A stretch of DNA of 64,000 nucleotides, taken from assembly GCF_006345805.1 (NCBI RefSeq), contig NC_042999.1:104346001-104410000 (forward strand), in the 5' to 3' direction. The position numbers and the translations under genes were made by a program. Position 1 is the stretch's first letter, and each line of letters opens with the position of its first letter. The notes beneath the pieces are model-generated. The model searched no databases. It was not told the origin of the DNA and saw only the letters and a list, made by a program, of their open reading frames with translations. This stretch comes from Octopus sinensis. Lineage: Eukaryota. Positions 62,963-64,000 of the stretch are shown here, piece by piece.

Positions 62963-63543
62963 CTCGTGCCTTAATGTACAGAATATAACTTTTGTTTTTC
63001 TTTACTACTCAGATGTTGAATTTAATATATTTCAAGAAAAAGAAATTAAACGTATACAAACACACACACACACACTCATTGTGAGAGTGTTTGCACATAC
63101 ACCTTTATATGCTTACATACACGTAGGCATATAAATGTGTGTGTGTATATATATACATATGTACACACACACACACACATGTAAGCACTCGTGCATATAT
63201 ACATATTCATACACTCATACACAAACAGATGCATAAGCACAAACACAAGCATTTAAAAAATATATATATATATATATGAACACCTGCATGTGAGTGCATG
63301 TGTACCAGTGCACATGCACACATGGCCACATAAAGACACACACGTCATCAGAAAATATTAAATCAGCATGAAGATATATGAAATATATCCACCAAAACCA
63401 TATCAACAAAAGCATTCCATCTTCTATTATTTACTCCATTGAACATTTACGAGATTCCCAGTATGTTTTTTTTTTTCTGATTGTGATATATGGCTGTATA
63501 TTTGTGTAAGTAATATTGGTGTGTATCTTTATAGTTCTGTGTG

Positions 63544-63599
<56 letters not shown>

Positions 63600-63634
63600 C
63601 TATATTTGTGTGTATGTATGTATATGTATGCGTA

Positions 63635-63674
<40 letters not shown>

Positions 63675-63715
63675 GCATTTCTCTATATGCATATGGATGT
63701 GTGTATGTATGTATG

Positions 63716-63759
<44 letters not shown>

Positions 63760-63930
63760 TGTGTGTGTATGTTTGTGTCCTCATTCCCACATACATGCTC
63801 TGATAGACAGTTCTATCTTTGCATATGTAAGATGTAATGAATTCAGAATTCAGATGGCAGCCACACGTTCTAATCCTCTGTGTCTATACACACACGTGCA
63901 CACACACACACACAGATGTGTGTGTATATG
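62250..63930. repeat. Dense field of compound microsatellites ((TA)n, (CA)n, (CT)n, (TG)n)
   Basis: Directly visible, downstream of the OS9 stop codon. Confidence 0.95.
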
Positions 63931-64000
63931 CATAGTTGTATTTGTATATGTATGTGTGCTTAAAATCTGATGGGACATGAATTATCATTCATAGAAAACA

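Noticed and set aside
62247-63970. Many 60-140 aa ORFs (also at 3085-3451, 23930-24285, 38339-38744, 49421-49911)
   Set aside because: They are stop-free translations of (TA)n, (CA)n and (CT)n repeats (YIYI, CVCV, THTH, SLSL).

Overview
AT-rich, microsatellite-dense eukaryotic DNA. The repeat repertoire looks like an Octopus-type cephalopod, which is an inference from recall and not shown by the sequence. One spliced protein-coding gene spans the window on the + strand: an OS9 orthologue (ERAD lectin with a single MRH domain). I reconstructed 13 coding exons with GT-AG introns in consistent phase, from 7295 to the TAG stop at 62025-62027 (1872 nt, 623 aa). The exon carrying the signal peptide was not found and probably lies upstream. 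The introns hold nested mobile elements: mariner fossils, four non-autonomous Helitron-like elements (A|TC...CTAG|T), TTAA/CCCTTT piggyBac-type MITEs, hAT MITEs, a long-TIR element with TGT ends, RTE-clade LINE fragments, several SINE families, and a decayed Penelope-like element (RT plus GIY-YIG). The most striking structure is a ~1.4 kb foldback at 51799-53178 with ~600-bp near-identical arms. Each arm carries a minimal type I hammerhead ribozyme motif near its outer end, and the whole sits in the (TA)n tract of a SINE within an OS9 intron. All alignments and identities were judged by eye; no database search was run.
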